A stretch of DNA of 64,000 nucleotides from the NCBI RefSeq assembly GCF_000143415.4, contig NW_003314310.1, forward strand, positions 800,611 to 864,610, read 5' to 3'. Every line of letters starts with the position of its first letter. The first letter of the stretch is position 1. The notes beneath the pieces are model-generated. The model was not told where the DNA came from, ran no database searches, and was given only the letters and a program-made list of their open reading frames with translations. Made by a program: the position numbers and the translations under genes. The stretch comes from Selaginella moellendorffii (Eukaryota > Plantae > Lycopodiophyta). This document shows, piece by piece, positions 61,907-64,000 of the stretch.

Positions 61907-64000
61907 TTAGCTTGTACTGAGAGCTACTTTAGCTTTGGCGGATTGCTGTACAACCTGCTCTTCGGCCCATTTCACGAGTGTCCTTCGCCGCTTTGCAGCC
62001 GACTCCATGTACTCTTGAACAGGAGGAAGTTCGTGCGTGGGTGGATTTCCAACGAGTCCCTTGATTAGCTGCAGGAATCCAAGACGTAAGATCTTTCCTA
62101 ATAATAAAAATGAAATTCACCTTAGAAGCCCACTTTCGTTCTGCTTGTTGACAAACGTCACGAAGATCGCGACCTGACATCCTGGATGGAGAAAAGTTCA
62201 AAACCAGTACTCATAAAAGAGTGCATTGTACCCTTCACTTGTGGCTGCAACAGAGGACAATTCCTTCCGGCTTAAGTGCCTCGCATACTGTGCTACAATT
62301 TCCTCTCTTGTTTGTAAATCAGGCAAATCGAAAGTGATTGAAGCATCGAACCGGCTGCCAAAAAACGGTAAGACTCCGACTGATTCAAAACTTGGAAGCG
62401 GACCTGAGCAGCGCCGGATCAAGATCTTGCTTCCGATTTGTTGCCGCGATGACAACAATCCGTTTATCTTGCTCGAATCCATCCATCTTCTCCCGAGTAA
62501 GATAACCAGTCTAAATACCGGGAAAGCTAGACGAAAAAAATCTTGTACCTGTCTCAAGAGGACTGACAGCATTCTTCTGGTGGCTTCGTGCATATCACTA
62601 TCTCGGCTCGTTGCCAACGAATCAATCTGTAAGGTCCATTGCTGAAATATGGATTAAACAAAAAAGCTCGATATACCTCATCCAGAAACACAATTGCGCC
62701 ATCCGGGAAATCATTTCCCGCATTAAACACGGAAGAAAGCAAGCGTTCGCTCTCTCCATAATATTTGGATGTCACAACTTCCAGAGGCACATACAACAAA
62801 GGAACACCCTGTTTTTGGCATTACAATCCAGTCAGCGAACAAGAAAACAAGGTTATTGAAGACATGACACATACCGCTTGACTGGCTATAACTCTCGCAC
62901 ATGAAGTCTTTCCACAACCTGTGTAAACGGAAAGAATGAGAAGGTCCGCTTCAGTTTCTAAAACCTACCTGGAGGTCCTTCAAACAAGATTGCGCGTGGT
63001 CTATTAGACTCAAACTTTTCCTTAGTTCCTCTTGCAATACTGTCATAAACTTCTGGACGTTTTAGAGCTAGGAGGACGTTATCTTCTATCTCCCTGTATC
63101 ACACACGTAAGCTGGATAACAACAAAGTAAAAAAAAAGAGTACCTCTTTTGCTCGTGATATCCTGCAATACTTTGCCACGTGAGACCTTCCGCCTCAGTC
63201 TCGCCACTCTCCATGTCAAGGCCATAGACCTTAACTCCAAGCTTATCCAAAGCGTCTAAAGCTCGCTTAACTTTTCTTCCATTCACTTCTCCCTTAAAAA
63301 TTCTCACTTTTGGCGCTGGCTCTACATTGATACCGGCAGCTGTGCGTACAGTACTTATCACCGTGTCAAGCTCCGCCGAACTCAGTTTCCCCTTTCTTAA
63401 AAACTCTATTTCCTGCAACTGCACGCACTCATCAAGTTCTCATCTAAAAGCAAACAAACGTACCGACGATTTCTCCCCTATGAGAGGTTCGAAGATGACA
63501 ACGCAAAGCCTGTCCGTAGAAACTTTGTCGCTGTTTCGATCAGGATGGGAAACTACCAACTGTCGAGCAACTGCACTGATTCAGAACAAACGAAGAGATC
63601 AAATCGCCGCAACTCTGTCTCTACACTACCTGCTGGAAGCTCTCACGGCCAGATCCACATCACCACCAAGATGAGAAACCAGATCAACGACAAGCCGGTA
63701 AGTGTCGCAAGTTGGAGGCACGGGAAACCTGACCGCAACCTGTTAGTTACAATGAAGTAACAATTAAAAGACCATAGAAAGGGAAAGATGCATTCGTGGT
63801 ACCTGCTGCCCTCTAGAAACGACGGTAATAGGAGGAAGAGCGTGCATTTTCAAGGGTCGCAATCGTTCCCGCAATCCTTCGCGAACTTCCTCCAGTGTCT
63901 TCTCCATATCGTCCGAAGAAGTCGAGTTTCCTCCCGATACTTTGCTCGAGAAGAATCCTCCGGACTAGACAAAAGAGAAAAATCCAATCAAAACATCTTC
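61907..64000 (-). CDS. Single-domain AAA+ ATPase, multi-exon; 5' end lies beyond the window
   Basis: RPRAILFEGPP/GCGKT (Walker A, split by an intron); YVPLEVVTSKYYGESERLL; IVFLDE (Walker B); MHEATRRMLSVLLRQ; RFDASITFDLPD; MSGRDLRDVCQQAERKWASK. Stop TAA at 61907-61909. Confidence 0.9.

Overview
Eukaryotic land-plant nuclear DNA. Very short introns (about 50-125 bp), tightly packed GC-rich genes and an AT-rich, CpG-poor TE island suggest a compact lycophyte genome such as Selaginella; this is an inference, not verified. Layout: (1) 1-3.0 kb, degenerate LTR-retroelement debris including a 5S-rRNA-bearing TRIM. (2) 3.1-19.1 kb, a gene block: P-class PPR, CLC-f chloride channel, TM9SF/EMP70, tRNA-Leu(CAG), two Em/LEA group-1 genes, PsaK, a SERAT3-type serine acetyltransferase (SAT) and an ARID-ELM2-SANT gene. 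(3) 19.2-60.4 kb, a truncated SAT pseudogene followed by about 40 kb of nested LTR elements, TRIMs, Ty3/gypsy and MULE remnants, several with readable target-site duplications (TSDs). (4) 60.5-64 kb, a second ARID-ELM2-SANT gene and a convergent AAA+ ATPase. Main points of interest: a Cassandra-like TRIM family whose 5S Pol III promoter sits at the U5 end of an otherwise ordinary TRIM LTR; a second TRIM with a tRNA T-arm/B-box behind its primer-binding site (PBS); a SAT-ARID tandem duplication whose second intergenic region grew from about 1 kb to about 40 kb; and CpG-free promoter plus exon 1 in both ARID-ELM2 paralogs. Coordinates and alignments were read by eye.
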